The notes under the pieces were generated by a model. It was not told the origin of the DNA and did no database searches. It saw only the letters and a list, made by a program, of their open reading frames with translations. Of a stretch of 64,000 nucleotides of DNA, positions 7,147 through 17,464 are shown piece after piece. Made by a program: the position numbers and the translations under genes. The stretch comes from Flavobacteriales bacterium (GTDB lineage: Bacteria > Bacteroidota > Bacteroidia > Flavobacteriales_F > PHOS-HE28): contig JACJZI010000009.1 of assembly GCA_020635655.1 (NCBI GenBank), forward strand, positions 79,456 through 143,455, given 5' to 3'. Numbering within the stretch: position 1 is the stretch's first letter; each line of letters opens with the position of its first letter.

Positions 7147-8649
7147 ACATCCTTCCAGGGTCTATTCGGCGGCTCCGGCCGGGAGGTGGGCTCTTCCGTA
7201 GTTCAGACAAGTGATGGGGGTTACGTGCTCGCCGGGTCCACCACAAGCACGGGCGCAGGGGAGGCTGATGTCCTGCTTATCCGGACCGACCTCAACGGCG
7301 ATACCCTCTGGACGCGGACATACGGTAGTCCCGGTCCTGAGTTTGCTAGTGCATTGCGGCGAACCAGCGATGATGGGCTGATCATTGCGGGCTTCACGGA
7401 TACGGCCAATGCAGGAGCCAACCTTGCTTTTCTAATGCGCACGGACGCGAACGGCGACCTTCTATGGACCAAGACCTATGGATTCGGGTCGGTCTCGGCC
7501 GCCACATCGGTAGAAGGAACATCCGATGGTGGCCTCATCATGGTGGGATACGCAGGTGGGTCCGGTTTTGGTCCCTGGATGTTCGTAGTCAAGACGGATG
7601 CCGTCGGGGATACGCTCTGGACAAGGCGATACCAACATCTCGGCGGTTCCATTGTGGCCACCTACGCATCTTCCGTGCAGGAGATGCCCGGCGGGGGATA
7701 CGTGGTGTTGGGCGATGCCAATGACCTGACCGTGTGCTACGTCATATTAGCTGAGAACGGTGCCAATTTGAGTTCCGGCACCTTCAGCGGAGTCCAGAAC
7801 TATGGCAATGACCTCAATGTCCTCGCACTGGCCAATGGTGGCTATGTGGTAGTTGGTACAACGGCCTCTCCTGGGCCCAATGCGCTCGACATCTTCATGA
7901 TCCGGCTCGATTCCCAGTTGCAGCAGGTTTGGACCCGGACCTATTTCGGCACGAACAGCGAATACGGAAAAGATGTGCGGCAAACGACGGATGGCGGGTT
8001 TGTGATCGTTGGTGTCACACACAGTTTCAATAGCTTCGGTAATGACCACGGTGATGCGTATCTGGTATGCACGGACTCGACCGGGAACCTGCTTTGGTCC
8101 AAGTCCTATGGCAGTATTCAATACGACGAAGGCAGATGTATTCTTCAGACACAGGATGGAGGTTTCATGATCTGTGGCATGCAGGACTTGACAGGAATGA
8201 ACGATATGAAGCTGTATATGGTGAAGGTCGACGCGAACGGCTCAAGTAGCTGCAACCAAGCAGACCCGGCCACGGTCACCTCCGCCATTGCATCGCAACG
8301 TACGTGGCTATCTACAAATTCTTTCATGGGTTGCAACATCGGTTCCCCGCAATTCACGTTCGGTCGTGGAATACCTTTCTCCGATCCATGCACCAATGGG
8401 ATCGAGGAAGACCCCTCGTTCCCGGACGTCCTGATCCAAGGCACCTGCATTCGTGACGAGATATGGATGACCGGCACGGACCAAGGCGATTTGATCATGC
8501 TCTATGACCTGACAGGCAGGTTGCTGAGGACGTACAAGGCGGAAGCGGAAAAGACCATGATCCCGAGTAAAGGGTTAGCCCCAGGCCAATTCATTGTGGT
8601 GTATTCGGATGGCCAAAAGAAGTACACGTTCAAGTTGACCATGTTGTAG
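7048..8649 (+). CDS. Secreted repeat protein with T9SS C-terminal sorting domain
   Basis: The signal peptide is better from the ATG at 7081 (MRPIYLACLAICQ). Recurring DGGY..G....G..D..L...D..G..LW...YG repeats and a C-terminal T9SS-type beta-sandwich tail. Paralogue of 11807-13450. Confidence 0.85.
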   Translation: MRSQEKRVPSLMRPIYLACLAICQTPYIPIIGQTSFQGLFGGSGREVGSSVVQTSDGGYVLAGSTTSTGAGEADVLLIRTDLNGDTLWTRTYGSPGPEFASALRRTSDDGLIIAGFTDTANAGANLAFLMRTDANGDLLWTKTYGFGSVSAATSVEGTSDGGLIMVGYAGGSGFGPWMFVVKTDAVGDTLWTRRYQHLGGSIVATYASSVQEMPGGGYVVLGDANDLTVCYVILAENGANLSSGTFSGVQNYGNDLNVLALANGGYVVVGTTASPGPNALDIFMIRLDSQLQQVWTRTYFGTNSEYGKDVRQTTDGGFVIVGVTHSFNSFGNDHGDAYLVCTDSTGNLLWSKSYGSIQYDEGRCILQTQDGGFMICGMQDLTGMNDMKLYMVKVDANGSSSCNQADPATVTSAIASQRTWLSTNSFMGCNIGSPQFTFGRGIPFSDPCTNGIEEDPSFPDVLIQGTCIRDEIWMTGTDQGDLIMLYDLTGRLLRTYKAEAEKTMIPSKGLAPGQFIVVYSDGQKKYTFKLTML

Positions 8650-8671
8650 GCATGCGGGACCTGGGTCTCAG

Positions 8672-8711
8672 ATCCCGCGCCGGGTCTCCGCCTCGGGACC
8701 CTGCGCCAAGG
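8672..8711. repeat. 40-nt repeat, copy 2
   Basis: Direct repeat of 6961-7000 (37/40). Lies in the convergent intergenic gap after the stop at 8649. The hairpin-capable core could also act as a terminator. Confidence 0.8.
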
Positions 8712-8721
8712 CTCATTCCTT

Positions 8722-9333
8722 TCAATTGTTCCGGGCCACGAACTCACCGTGGAGCGTGATGGTCTCGGCCGGCACCTGAACGTTCGGATCGGTCTGCACC
8801 CGGTACATGCTGAATTCGAGGATCCCGGCGATGAGGTCATCCGTCCGCTCGACGATGGTGATCAGGCCCGAGGCCGCGCCCTGGCCTGCGGGTACCAGAT
8901 GGTACCGCCTGGCGTTCAACACCTGCGCAGTACCGACCCGGACATCCGTGGTGGATAGCACGGCGGAGGAGACGACCGCCGTGTACACATTGTTGATGTA
9001 GGCGAAGTGGTCGATGCCGATGGTGAGCGTTCCCAGCGGTTCGGCATCCGCATCGGCACCGAGGTACACCAGGCCGGCCACATCGGACCAACTGGCATCA
9101 TCGATATCGTACCCGACCAAAGTCTTGCTTTCCCCATCCCCGGAAACATGGTCCAGATGGAGCAGGTAGTTGGAGAAGGACAGGTCCGACACGAACACAG
9201 GTGGGTCCGCGGGGGTGGGGTCGCTTGGTGCCGGCTCATCCCCCTTGCTGCAGGAGGCAAGGGCCAGCATGGCGATGGCCGGAAGAACGAGCCACGGCCT
9301 GTTGCCGGAAAGGGGACTGCGGAGCTGGTGCAT
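8722..9333 (-). CDS. Hypothetical lipoprotein
   Basis: Signal peptide followed by a lipobox-like LALASC. No recognised domain. Confidence 0.7.
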   Translation of the reverse strand: MHQLRSPLSGNRPWLVLPAIAMLALASCSKGDEPAPSDPTPADPPVFVSDLSFSNYLLHLDHVSGDGESKTLVGYDIDDASWSDVAGLVYLGADADAEPLGTLTIGIDHFAYINNVYTAVVSSAVLSTTDVRVGTAQVLNARRYHLVPAGQGAASGLITIVERTDDLIAGILEFSMYRVQTDPNVQVPAETITLHGEFVARNN

Positions 9334-9597
9334 GTGCGCGGTGGTTCGTGGGTGTTGGAGGTCCTGCGCATGGTCGCGCCGCTCCTCGTGCCCTGAAACT
9401 ATCCACGGTGTTCGGCTTGCGCACCAGCGAATGAGCGGATCGCGGCACCGGTCCAGTGACTGGCGGTCCGCACGCGATCACCGGGTCCGCACGGTGTCGG
9501 GATCCACGGGGATGCGGCACCGGGATCGGATCCCGCGCAGGGTCCGATCCTGCTCAGGGTATCCGCCTTGGGGAACAGCGGTTCTTAGCTTCGTTCC

Positions 9598-10254
9598 ATG
9601 TTCATCGGTCACTTCGCACTGGGCATGGCCGCGAAGCGGTTGGTGCCCCGCGTATCCCTCGGCGTCCTTTTCATCGCGGCCCAATTCCTTGACCTGCTAT
9701 GGCCCGTGCTCCTGCTCACCGGCGTGGAGCAGGCCCGGATCGTTCCGGGGATCACTGCGCTCACGCCCCTCGACTTCACGCACTACCCCATTTCGCACAG
9801 CCTGGTGATGGCCACGGTGTGGGGGGTGCTGGTGGGCGTGGTGGCCTACCTGGTGCGCCGGAACGGCCGGGTGGCCCTGGTGCTGGGCGCGTTGGTGCTG
9901 AGCCACTGGGTGCTGGACCTGTTGGTGCATCGGCCGGACCTGCCGATCAGCCCGTTGGGCGGCCCCAAGGTGGGACTGGGCTTATGGAACATGCCCGTGG
10001 CCGCATTGGTGCTGGAACTGGGCCTGTTCGCCTGGGGCGTGTGGGTGTACGTGCGTTGCACCACCGCGCGCGACAAGGTGGGCCGCATCGGTTTCTGGGC
10101 GCTGGTGGCCTTCTTCCTGGTGGTACATCTGATGAACGTGCTGGGGCCTCCCCCGCCGAACATGACCGCCGTGGCCTGGGCCGGCCAGCTGCAATGGCTC
10201 TTCGTGCTCTGGGCCTTCTGGGTGGACCGGCATCGGGAGGCGACGGTGGGGTGA
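9598..10254 (+). CDS. Integral membrane protein, possibly YdjM/DUF457-like metal-dependent hydrolase
   Basis: 218 aa with about 6 hydrophobic helices. The N-terminal MFIGHFALG and conserved His/Asp positions resemble membrane-bound metal-dependent hydrolases. The family assignment is tentative. Confidence 0.65.
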   Translation: MFIGHFALGMAAKRLVPRVSLGVLFIAAQFLDLLWPVLLLTGVEQARIVPGITALTPLDFTHYPISHSLVMATVWGVLVGVVAYLVRRNGRVALVLGALVLSHWVLDLLVHRPDLPISPLGGPKVGLGLWNMPVAALVLELGLFAWGVWVYVRCTTARDKVGRIGFWALVAFFLVVHLMNVLGPPPPNMTAVAWAGQLQWLFVLWAFWVDRHREATVG

Positions 10255-10300
10255 TGTTGGCGATCTGCCCGCGTCGCAGAGGCGGGCGAGGAACGCGCGC

Positions 10301-11659
10301 TCACCGCACCACCACCCGTGCATGCCATGACGCGCCCTCCACCGTGGCGCGCAGCACGTACACGCCGGGAGCGAGCCCGCGCAAGGACACATTCGCGCGT
10401 CGATCCACCGCGCGCAGCGCCACGAACTGTCCGGTGGACGTGAAGACTTCCACCGCATCGCCGGTGTGCAGACCTTCCACGGTCACGGCATCGGTGGTGG
10501 GGTTGGGCCATACACGCAGGCCTGCGCCATCATATTCCGGCACGCCGGCCACCACGCAATTGAGGATCACGCCCACGTAGGCCCCGTTGCTGGCGGGGAT
10601 CACGATGTCCGGCAGGGCATCGCCATTGAAGTCACCCACCGCGAAGTCGATGGGATCCACCGTGGCGCTGCAGCTCACCGCCGCACCGAATTGACCCGCA
10701 CCATCGCCGGGAAACACATGCATCGCATTGCCATAGTAGTCCGCCACCAGCAGGTCCTTGTGCCCGTCCAGGTCCATGTCCACGAAGCGGACGAACGAGG
10801 GACCTGTGCCGGCCTGCATGGCGATCGGCGCGGCGAAGGATCCGCTGCCATCGCCCATGCACAGCGCGAGCGGATCGGGATAGGAGTCGGAAACGACCAC
10901 GTCCGCATGGCCGTCGCCGTTCAGGTCGAAGGTGGAGGCGAAGATGCTGGTGTGCGGATGGGGCACGTGGGTGCGCGTGCCGAAGGTGCCGGGGCCGGTG
11001 CCCCACAGCACGCTCCAGAAGTGGTCCACCTCGCCGAACCCGGCCAGGTGGGTGTACAACACATCGAGGTGTCCGTCCTCGTTCAGGTCGGCCAGGTCGA
11101 GCGAGGTGGCGGTGGCATCCGTCGGGTAGTTCACCGCGGGTTGGAAGGTGCCATCACCGTTGCCGAGCAGCACCGCCAGGCCGCCACCGCCCGCGCCGTG
11201 GGGCACGAGCAGGTCCACGAAGGTGTCGCCATCCATGTCGCGCGCCAGCAGGGTCCACGTTTCTCCGAGCGGGATCGGCACGGCGACCGGCGCGGCGAAG
11301 CTGGCTCCGCCGAGGTTCATCAGGATGTCCACCTGGCCGGCATGGGCGGTCACCAGGTCGGCGCGGTCATCGCCGTTCAGGTCGGCCGCGACGATGTCCG
11401 TGGGGAAGGTGTCCACGTCCAGCGTGAGGGCCGGTTGGAAGGTGCCATCGCCGTTGCCGAAAAAGAGGGACACATCACCGGTGAGGTGGTTGCTCACGGC
11501 CATGTCCAGCAGGGTGTCGTCGTTCAACTGCGCCGCGGCGATGCCCCAGAGGTCGAGCCCGCCGGAGGCGACAAAGCCGGTGTAGTCCAGGCAGGGGCCC
11601 TGGGCGTTCGCTATGCCGGATAGCGCGAACACGGATGCACCAACGAGGAGGCGTCGCAT
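10301..11659 (-). CDS. FG-GAP/VCBS repeat protein with T9SS C-terminal sorting domain
   Basis: Signal peptide MRRLLVGASVFALSGIANAQ, repeated D.NGDG..D motifs, and the C-terminal VWPNPTTDAVTVEG... tail. Confidence 0.9.
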   Translation of the reverse strand: MRRLLVGASVFALSGIANAQGPCLDYTGFVASGGLDLWGIAAAQLNDDTLLDMAVSNHLTGDVSLFFGNGDGTFQPALTLDVDTFPTDIVAADLNGDDRADLVTAHAGQVDILMNLGGASFAAPVAVPIPLGETWTLLARDMDGDTFVDLLVPHGAGGGGLAVLLGNGDGTFQPAVNYPTDATATSLDLADLNEDGHLDVLYTHLAGFGEVDHFWSVLWGTGPGTFGTRTHVPHPHTSIFASTFDLNGDGHADVVVSDSYPDPLALCMGDGSGSFAAPIAMQAGTGPSFVRFVDMDLDGHKDLLVADYYGNAMHVFPGDGAGQFGAAVSCSATVDPIDFAVGDFNGDALPDIVIPASNGAYVGVILNCVVAGVPEYDGAGLRVWPNPTTDAVTVEGLHTGDAVEVFTSTGQFVALRAVDRRANVSLRGLAPGVYVLRATVEGASWHARVVVR

Positions 11660-11806
11660 GTGAACAAGGTAGGGGTGGGAGGCGCCGGGGCCGGATGCAT
11701 CACCCGCAACCGGTGCGCCATTCTTGGAGGGCGTGAGGTGAAGCGTTGACGGTATGCGGCAACGAGGCCTGCCATTCGGGCTATCTTCACGAATGCACCT
11801 CGGCCC

Positions 11807-13450
11807 ATGCTACTGTTCGATCGCACCATCCTCAAGCGTCCATTCATCCTCGCGTGTGGCCTGCTCACCGCGCTGACCGCTCCTGCGCAGACGCTCTTCC
11901 ATTACGCATTCGGCTATGAAAGCAACATCGGGAACCTGGAGCCCGTCACCGGGCCCAGTGGCTACCTGATCTGTTCCACTGTTCGCTTCGGGTTGGGAAA
12001 CATCGATGGCTTTCAGTTCACGCGATTCGACTCCACCGGCCATGTTGTCCATACCGCCGCCTTTTCAACAGGGCCCCTCACGAATGTGATGCAGGATGGA
12101 GCCCTGTCCCGCTGTCGATCGAACGGCACGTACGCATTCCTGTTCGGGACCTGGACCAATGGAGTAGGAACGCCCAAGTCCTCCCTGCGGGTCTTCAACA
12201 CCACCCCAGCAGGGCTCATGAATTGGAACCGGAGGATCGAGTACGCTGCTCCGAATTATTCCATCCGCTATCTGGGGGCCATGGAACAGGCCTTTGAGGA
12301 AACCCCGGATGGGGGCTATTTGATCAGTGGATTACGGTCGGCCCCTGCCCCAGGACCATCGGACACGCTCGCGCCCATGGTCGTGAAGCTGGACTCAATG
12401 GGCAATGTGCTTTGGAACAAGACCTATTCTCTGGACCTAGCGCACGCCTGGCATATCGTTTCTGATGTGGACAGTAGTGGTGCAACATTGCTCGGATTTC
12501 ACGCCGATAGTCTATTGGCGATCAACAGTGACAATTGCTTTCTGACAAGGATCGACCCCGCTGGGAACACGCTTTGGTCCAAGCTGATCGATGGCCTCCA
12601 CGGGCGGCTCACCAGCTGTGTAGGGGTACATAGTCACTACGCCATCAGTGCCGAGGATTCGACCAGCACCTACCTCATGGAACTCGATACGGCAGGAGTT
12701 CCCATATGGGGTAAGCGCTATGTCTTCGCATCTCCGCTGGATACATGGGGTGCGGGTATTGTTCCCACGCATGACCACGGCTTCGTGCTACAAAAGGAGG
12801 TGCCGGACAGCGTTGGCGGCATCGATGTGTTCCTCTTCAAGGTGGACTCAGTTGGTGCCGTGCAATGGGAGCGACGATTCGGCAATTTGAACTATGAGTG
12901 GCCCATCGACCTGGTCGAGAACGCGGACAGTACATTCACCCTGCTGGCAGGCACCCAGCTTTTCGCGATCTGGTCGGGGTTTTACTTCAGCGAGCTCGAC
13001 GCCATCGGGATGAATGATTGCATCACGCCCGCTGACGGAACCGTGACCGAAAGCACGATCCCGTTCGCACTGGTCGATGTGGCGCTCAATGAATTCGAGC
13101 CCCCAATGACCTCACAACCGCTCTACTTCGGCGATACGCTAGGCTGGGATCCCGTCATGGTGGACACCTGCTTATATCCCTTCACCTTGGATGTGCACGA
13201 GCAGATCCCCACTCAAGGCCCCACCATCTACCCCGATCCCTGTCATGATCTGGCCATCCTGCACCTGGACCCGATCGCCGACCACCCGGTGTTCCAACTG
13301 CTGGATGTACTGGGAAGGCCGGTCAAGCGCCTGCGGATCGCCTCGAACGACACGCCGGTCGACGTCAGCGATCTGCCCGGCGGGATCTACCTCTACCGCA
13401 TCACCACTGATCGCGGACAGAGGTGGTCCGGGCGGTTGTTGAAGGAATAG
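11807..13450 (+). CDS. Secreted repeat protein with T9SS C-terminal sorting domain (paralogue of 7048-8649)
   Basis: Signal peptide, G..LW.K repeats, and the C-terminal IYPDPCHDLAILHL...GIYLYRI tail. Confidence 0.85.
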   Translation: MLLFDRTILKRPFILACGLLTALTAPAQTLFHYAFGYESNIGNLEPVTGPSGYLICSTVRFGLGNIDGFQFTRFDSTGHVVHTAAFSTGPLTNVMQDGALSRCRSNGTYAFLFGTWTNGVGTPKSSLRVFNTTPAGLMNWNRRIEYAAPNYSIRYLGAMEQAFEETPDGGYLISGLRSAPAPGPSDTLAPMVVKLDSMGNVLWNKTYSLDLAHAWHIVSDVDSSGATLLGFHADSLLAINSDNCFLTRIDPAGNTLWSKLIDGLHGRLTSCVGVHSHYAISAEDSTSTYLMELDTAGVPIWGKRYVFASPLDTWGAGIVPTHDHGFVLQKEVPDSVGGIDVFLFKVDSVGAVQWERRFGNLNYEWPIDLVENADSTFTLLAGTQLFAIWSGFYFSELDAIGMNDCITPADGTVTESTIPFALVDVALNEFEPPMTSQPLYFGDTLGWDPVMVDTCLYPFTLDVHEQIPTQGPTIYPDPCHDLAILHLDPIADHPVFQLLDVLGRPVKRLRIASNDTPVDVSDLPGGIYLYRITTDRGQRWSGRLLKE

Positions 13451-13511
13451 GGCCGCTCTCCTCCGATCCCACACCAAGGGTCTCGATCCCGGGACCCACA
13501 CGAAGAAGACC

Positions 13512-16500
13512 CTACCGCTTCACCACCAGACGCAGAAGCGAGGGCAGCACGACGAGGAGCAGGGGCAGCCCCGTCACGAATCCGCCGATGACGGCGATGG
13601 CCAGGGGTTGGTGCAGTTGCGCCCCCACGCCGATCCCCAGGGCCACGGGCGCCAGCGCGACGATCGCGCCGATGGCCGTCATCAGCTTGGGGCGCAGCCG
13701 TGTCCCGATCGCATAGACCAACGCGTCATGCACCCCCTTTCCGGGAAGGACGTGCGCGTATTGCCGGTAAGTGAAGATGGCGTTCTCTCCGATGATGCCG
13801 ACGATCATGATGATGCCGGTATAGCTGCCGACGTTCAGCGGCGTGCCCGTGACGTACAGGGCCAGCACGCATCCGCCGATGCCCAGCAGCGCCACGAACA
13901 GGACGACGAGCGCGGCCCGCAGATCGCGGAACAGGAAGAGCAGCACGGTGAACACGAGCAGGCTCGCCGCCAGGAGCACGCGCGCCAGTTCCTGGAACGA
14001 GCGCTGCTGTTCCTGGAAGGCCCCGCCGTAGGCGATGTGATAGCCTTTCGGCAGTTGCACCGCGCTGCGCACGGCGTGCTGAATGTCGTGCATGACGCTC
14101 CCCAGATCGCGGCCGTTCAACCGGGCGGTCACCGGCACCATGAGCTGGAGGTCCTCGCGTTCCACCTCCGCATCACCCGGCGCCGCGGTGATGGTCGCCA
14201 GGCTGCCCAACCCCAGCGTGCGCCCGTTCGGCAGGAAGATCGGAGCCCCGCGCAGCTGTTGCATCGACAGGTCCCCCGCGTCGCGATGGGCCATGCGCAC
14301 GGGCACCATCTGTTCGGTCTCCAGCACCTCCCCGATGATCGTGCCTTCGCCGTAGAGGCGCACCTGGTCGTCGAGGTCCTGGGACGAAAGCCCGCGCAGG
14401 GCGAGCTCCCGCTGATCGCCGACCACCGCGATGCTCGGTCCGGCGATCGTGATCCCATCGAAGACGTCGGCGGTGCCGGGCACGCGCTCCACGATCCCCG
14501 CGACCCGCTTCGCCAGCTTGCGCAGGACCTGTCGATCAGTGCCGAACACCTTGATCTCGATGGGTTGCGTGCTGCTCATCAGGTCGCCGAGCATGTCGCC
14601 GATCACCTGCCCGAAGTCGACGCGGAGCGCCGGTTGCGAAGCCTCCACGCGCTGCCGGATGTCGTCGATCACCTCATCGGTCGTGCGCTTCCGGTCCTTC
14701 CTCAGCTGGATCAGATAATCGCCGCGACTGGGTTCGGTGATGAAGAAGCCCATCTGCGTGCCGGTGCGGCGGCTGTAGGTGGCGATCTCAGGGACCGCCG
14801 CGAAGGTGCGTTCCACTTCGCGTAGCATCCGGTCGGTCTCTTCCAGTGACGTGCCGGGCGGCGAGTCGTAGTCCAACACGATGCTGCCCTCGTCCATCTC
14901 CGGCAGGAATCCCGAGCCGATGTGGCCCAGCGCCCAGATGGCGGCGACCACCAGCAGGACGATGAAGGTCAGGCTGATCCACGGCCGCCGGACCAGCCAG
15001 CCGATCGTCCGAGCGGTCCGCGTCACACGTTCCTTTCCCTCCACATCGTGGGCGGGCTGCAGCGCGGCGATCTTTTCCTTTGGCAGCAGCAGGTAGATGA
15101 CCGGCAGTCCGATCCAGGAGATCAGGAACGAACAGCCGAGGGTGATCATCATCGTGTCCGCGAGCACCTTGAAATAGGCCCCGGCCACGCCGCTCAGCAG
15201 CACGAAGGGCAGGAAGATGACGATGGTGCTGAGGGAGGATCCCACCATGGCGGGGAACAGGAAGCGCACCGCGTCGCCCACGAGCTCCGCGCTCGGGCGA
15301 CCGGGATGCTCCTCGTGCGTGCGATGCAGTTGCTCGACCACCACGATGGCATCATCGATCACCAGGCCGATGGCGGCGGCAACGGCACCCAGCGTCATGA
15401 TGTTCAGCGTGAAGCCGAAGGCATGCATCAGCACGAGCGTGAACGCCAGCGTGATCGGAATGGTGAGGAGCAGCACCAGGCTGGAGCGCCAGGACCGCAG
15501 GAAGATCATCGCCACCACGATGGCCAGCAGCATGCCGATCAGGAGCGCATCGCGCACGCTGTGGATGGAATCGCTCACGAAATCGGCCTGCACGTAGTAC
15601 GGAGCGAGGTGCACACCCGATGGCAGCAGCCCGTCGTTCAGTTCCTGGACGCGCTGACGGACCCCGTCGCTGACGTCGATCACGTTGGCCCCGGGCTGCC
15701 GGACCACCGCGATCAGCACCGCGTCGCGCCCGTTGGCATTGATCCGGAGGTATTGCGGCGCCTCCTGCACGGCGACATCCGCCAGATCGCTCAGGTGCAG
15801 CACGCGGCGCCCATCGTTGGCCACCACCAGGTCCTGCAGTTCGCGCAGGGAGCGTACGGTGGCGTCGGTCACGGTGAGGTACATGCGGTGGCCGGTGAAC
15901 AGGAAGCCATCGCTCCGGATGAAGTTGGTGCGGCCCAATGCCGCGGCGATGCTGTCCGGCGTCACGCCCAGTTGGGCGAGCCGGTCGGTGCGCAGCGTCA
16001 CCCGGTATTCCTTCTTCCGCCCGCCGATCACGCGCACCTCGCTGACGCCCCCGACCTGTGTGAGGTATGGACGGACGACGTAGTTGGCGATCAGGTCCAG
16101 TTCGATGGGGTCCTTGTCGCCGCCGGCAATGGTGAAGCCCATGATCGGCAGGATCGACGGGTCCATCTTCTCCACCGAGATGTTGGTCCCGGGCGGGAGA
16201 TCGCCGCGCACCTGTTCGATGGCCGTGGCGATCTGCTGTTTGCCCAGGTCCACGTCGGCGTTCCAATCCAGGAAGGCGCTGATCTCGCAGCTGCCCCGGC
16301 TGGTCACGCTGCGGATGTCCTGCAGCATCGGCGTGCGCTCGATGGCCGCCTCCAGGGGTCGGGTCACCGTCACCATCATCTTGTCCACCGGCTGCAGCCC
16401 GTTGTCGGCGATGATCTTGACCTTCGGGAAGGTCACCTCCGGAAAGAGGGAGGAATGGATGTGGGTGTAGGCGAACAGGCCGGCCATCAGCACCAGCGCG

Positions 16501-16547
16501 AGCACCAGCCCGACGGGGTCCCGGTAGCGGACGAAGAAGTCCCTCAT
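13512..16547 (-). CDS. RND efflux transporter permease
   Basis: 1011 aa with the 12-TM AcrB/CzcA-type architecture. Stop/start overlaps link it to the adaptor gene. Confidence 0.9.
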   Translation of the reverse strand: MRDFFVRYRDPVGLVLALVLMAGLFAYTHIHSSLFPEVTFPKVKIIADNGLQPVDKMMVTVTRPLEAAIERTPMLQDIRSVTSRGSCEISAFLDWNADVDLGKQQIATAIEQVRGDLPPGTNISVEKMDPSILPIMGFTIAGGDKDPIELDLIANYVVRPYLTQVGGVSEVRVIGGRKKEYRVTLRTDRLAQLGVTPDSIAAALGRTNFIRSDGFLFTGHRMYLTVTDATVRSLRELQDLVVANDGRRVLHLSDLADVAVQEAPQYLRINANGRDAVLIAVVRQPGANVIDVSDGVRQRVQELNDGLLPSGVHLAPYYVQADFVSDSIHSVRDALLIGMLLAIVVAMIFLRSWRSSLVLLLTIPITLAFTLVLMHAFGFTLNIMTLGAVAAAIGLVIDDAIVVVEQLHRTHEEHPGRPSAELVGDAVRFLFPAMVGSSLSTIVIFLPFVLLSGVAGAYFKVLADTMMITLGCSFLISWIGLPVIYLLLPKEKIAALQPAHDVEGKERVTRTARTIGWLVRRPWISLTFIVLLVVAAIWALGHIGSGFLPEMDEGSIVLDYDSPPGTSLEETDRMLREVERTFAAVPEIATYSRRTGTQMGFFITEPSRGDYLIQLRKDRKRTTDEVIDDIRQRVEASQPALRVDFGQVIGDMLGDLMSSTQPIEIKVFGTDRQVLRKLAKRVAGIVERVPGTADVFDGITIAGPSIAVVGDQRELALRGLSSQDLDDQVRLYGEGTIIGEVLETEQMVPVRMAHRDAGDLSMQQLRGAPIFLPNGRTLGLGSLATITAAPGDAEVEREDLQLMVPVTARLNGRDLGSVMHDIQHAVRSAVQLPKGYHIAYGGAFQEQQRSFQELARVLLAASLLVFTVLLFLFRDLRAALVVLFVALLGIGGCVLALYVTGTPLNVGSYTGIIMIVGIIGENAIFTYRQYAHVLPGKGVHDALVYAIGTRLRPKLMTAIGAIVALAPVALGIGVGAQLHQPLAIAVIGGFVTGLPLLLVVLPSLLRLVVKR

Positions 16548-17464
16548 GGCCGCGCTGCTTGCACCTGGACCCGCGCGGTGTCGCCGAGCCCGTAGGCACC
16601 CGTGAGCACCAGGCGGTCGTCCGGACCGAACTCCGGCGCGACCACCTCCACGCTGTCGCCGGCTTCGATGCCGGTGGTGATGGGCACCTTCACGGCGGTG
16701 CTGTCATCCACCATCCGCATCACCCACCAGCGCGTCATCTCCTCGTTGCTCAGCACGCAGGCGGCGGGCACCACCTGTGCGTCCCGGTGGGCCTGCACAG
16801 GCAGCAGCACGGTGCCGATCAATCCCTCGGGAAGGTCCCGCTGCACACGCGGCCGCACGGGGAAGGATCGGGTCTGGGCCGGACCCTCCATGGTGGAGAG
16901 CGGCGCACCGATCGTCCCCTCCACGACCGAGGAGTCGGGCAGGGTGATGGAACACATGGTCCCGGGGATCACCTGGCGGCTGCGTTCGAAGGGGACCTCC
17001 AGCATGAACACCCTGCCGGACGCGTCCGCGAGCACGAGCAGGGCATCTCCCTCCGTCACGAGATCGTCGGTCAGTTTGTCCATCCGCACCACCACCCCGT
17101 CCGATGGGGCCCGCACCGTGAGATCACCCGCCAGCCGGAACAGGCTGTCCGGTCGTTGCGCCGCACGCAACGCATCCGCCTCGCGGGTCCGGAGGTCGTA
17201 GAGCGGGCTACCGGCCTGCACATGCCCGCCGAGCTGCACGTACGCCTTGGTGATCCTGCCCGTCACCGGGCTGGTCACGGTGTTCCGGCGCAGGAAACGG
17301 ACCACGGCATTGAGGCGCACGTGCGCGGCGATGTCCGAACGAACAACGTGGGTGATGGTCACCGGCGTCCGGGATGCGGGCGCACCCTCCTCCACCGCGG
17401 GGGTGTTGCACGCGGTGACGATCAACGTGAAAAGTGCGAGGCGTGCGCTGGAGCGGTGGATCAT
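16544..17464 (-). CDS. RND efflux periplasmic adaptor (membrane fusion protein)
   Basis: 306 aa with a lipoyl/beta-barrel MFP-like sequence. ATGA-type overlaps with both neighbours. Confidence 0.85.
   Translation of the reverse strand: MIHRSSARLALFTLIVTACNTPAVEEGAPASRTPVTITHVVRSDIAAHVRLNAVVRFLRRNTVTSPVTGRITKAYVQLGGHVQAGSPLYDLRTREADALRAAQRPDSLFRLAGDLTVRAPSDGVVVRMDKLTDDLVTEGDALLVLADASGRVFMLEVPFERSRQVIPGTMCSITLPDSSVVEGTIGAPLSTMEGPAQTRSFPVRPRVQRDLPEGLIGTVLLPVQAHRDAQVVPAACVLSNEEMTRWWVMRMVDDSTAVKVPITTGIEAGDSVEVVAPEFGPDDRLVLTGAYGLGDTARVQVQAARP

Noticed and set aside
13608-16599. Several 400-560-aa ORFs (13608..14825+, 14922..16595+, 15352..16599-) overlapping the RND gene
   Set aside because: These are antisense or alternate-frame readings of 13512-16547. 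Only the 1011-aa frame has RND architecture.
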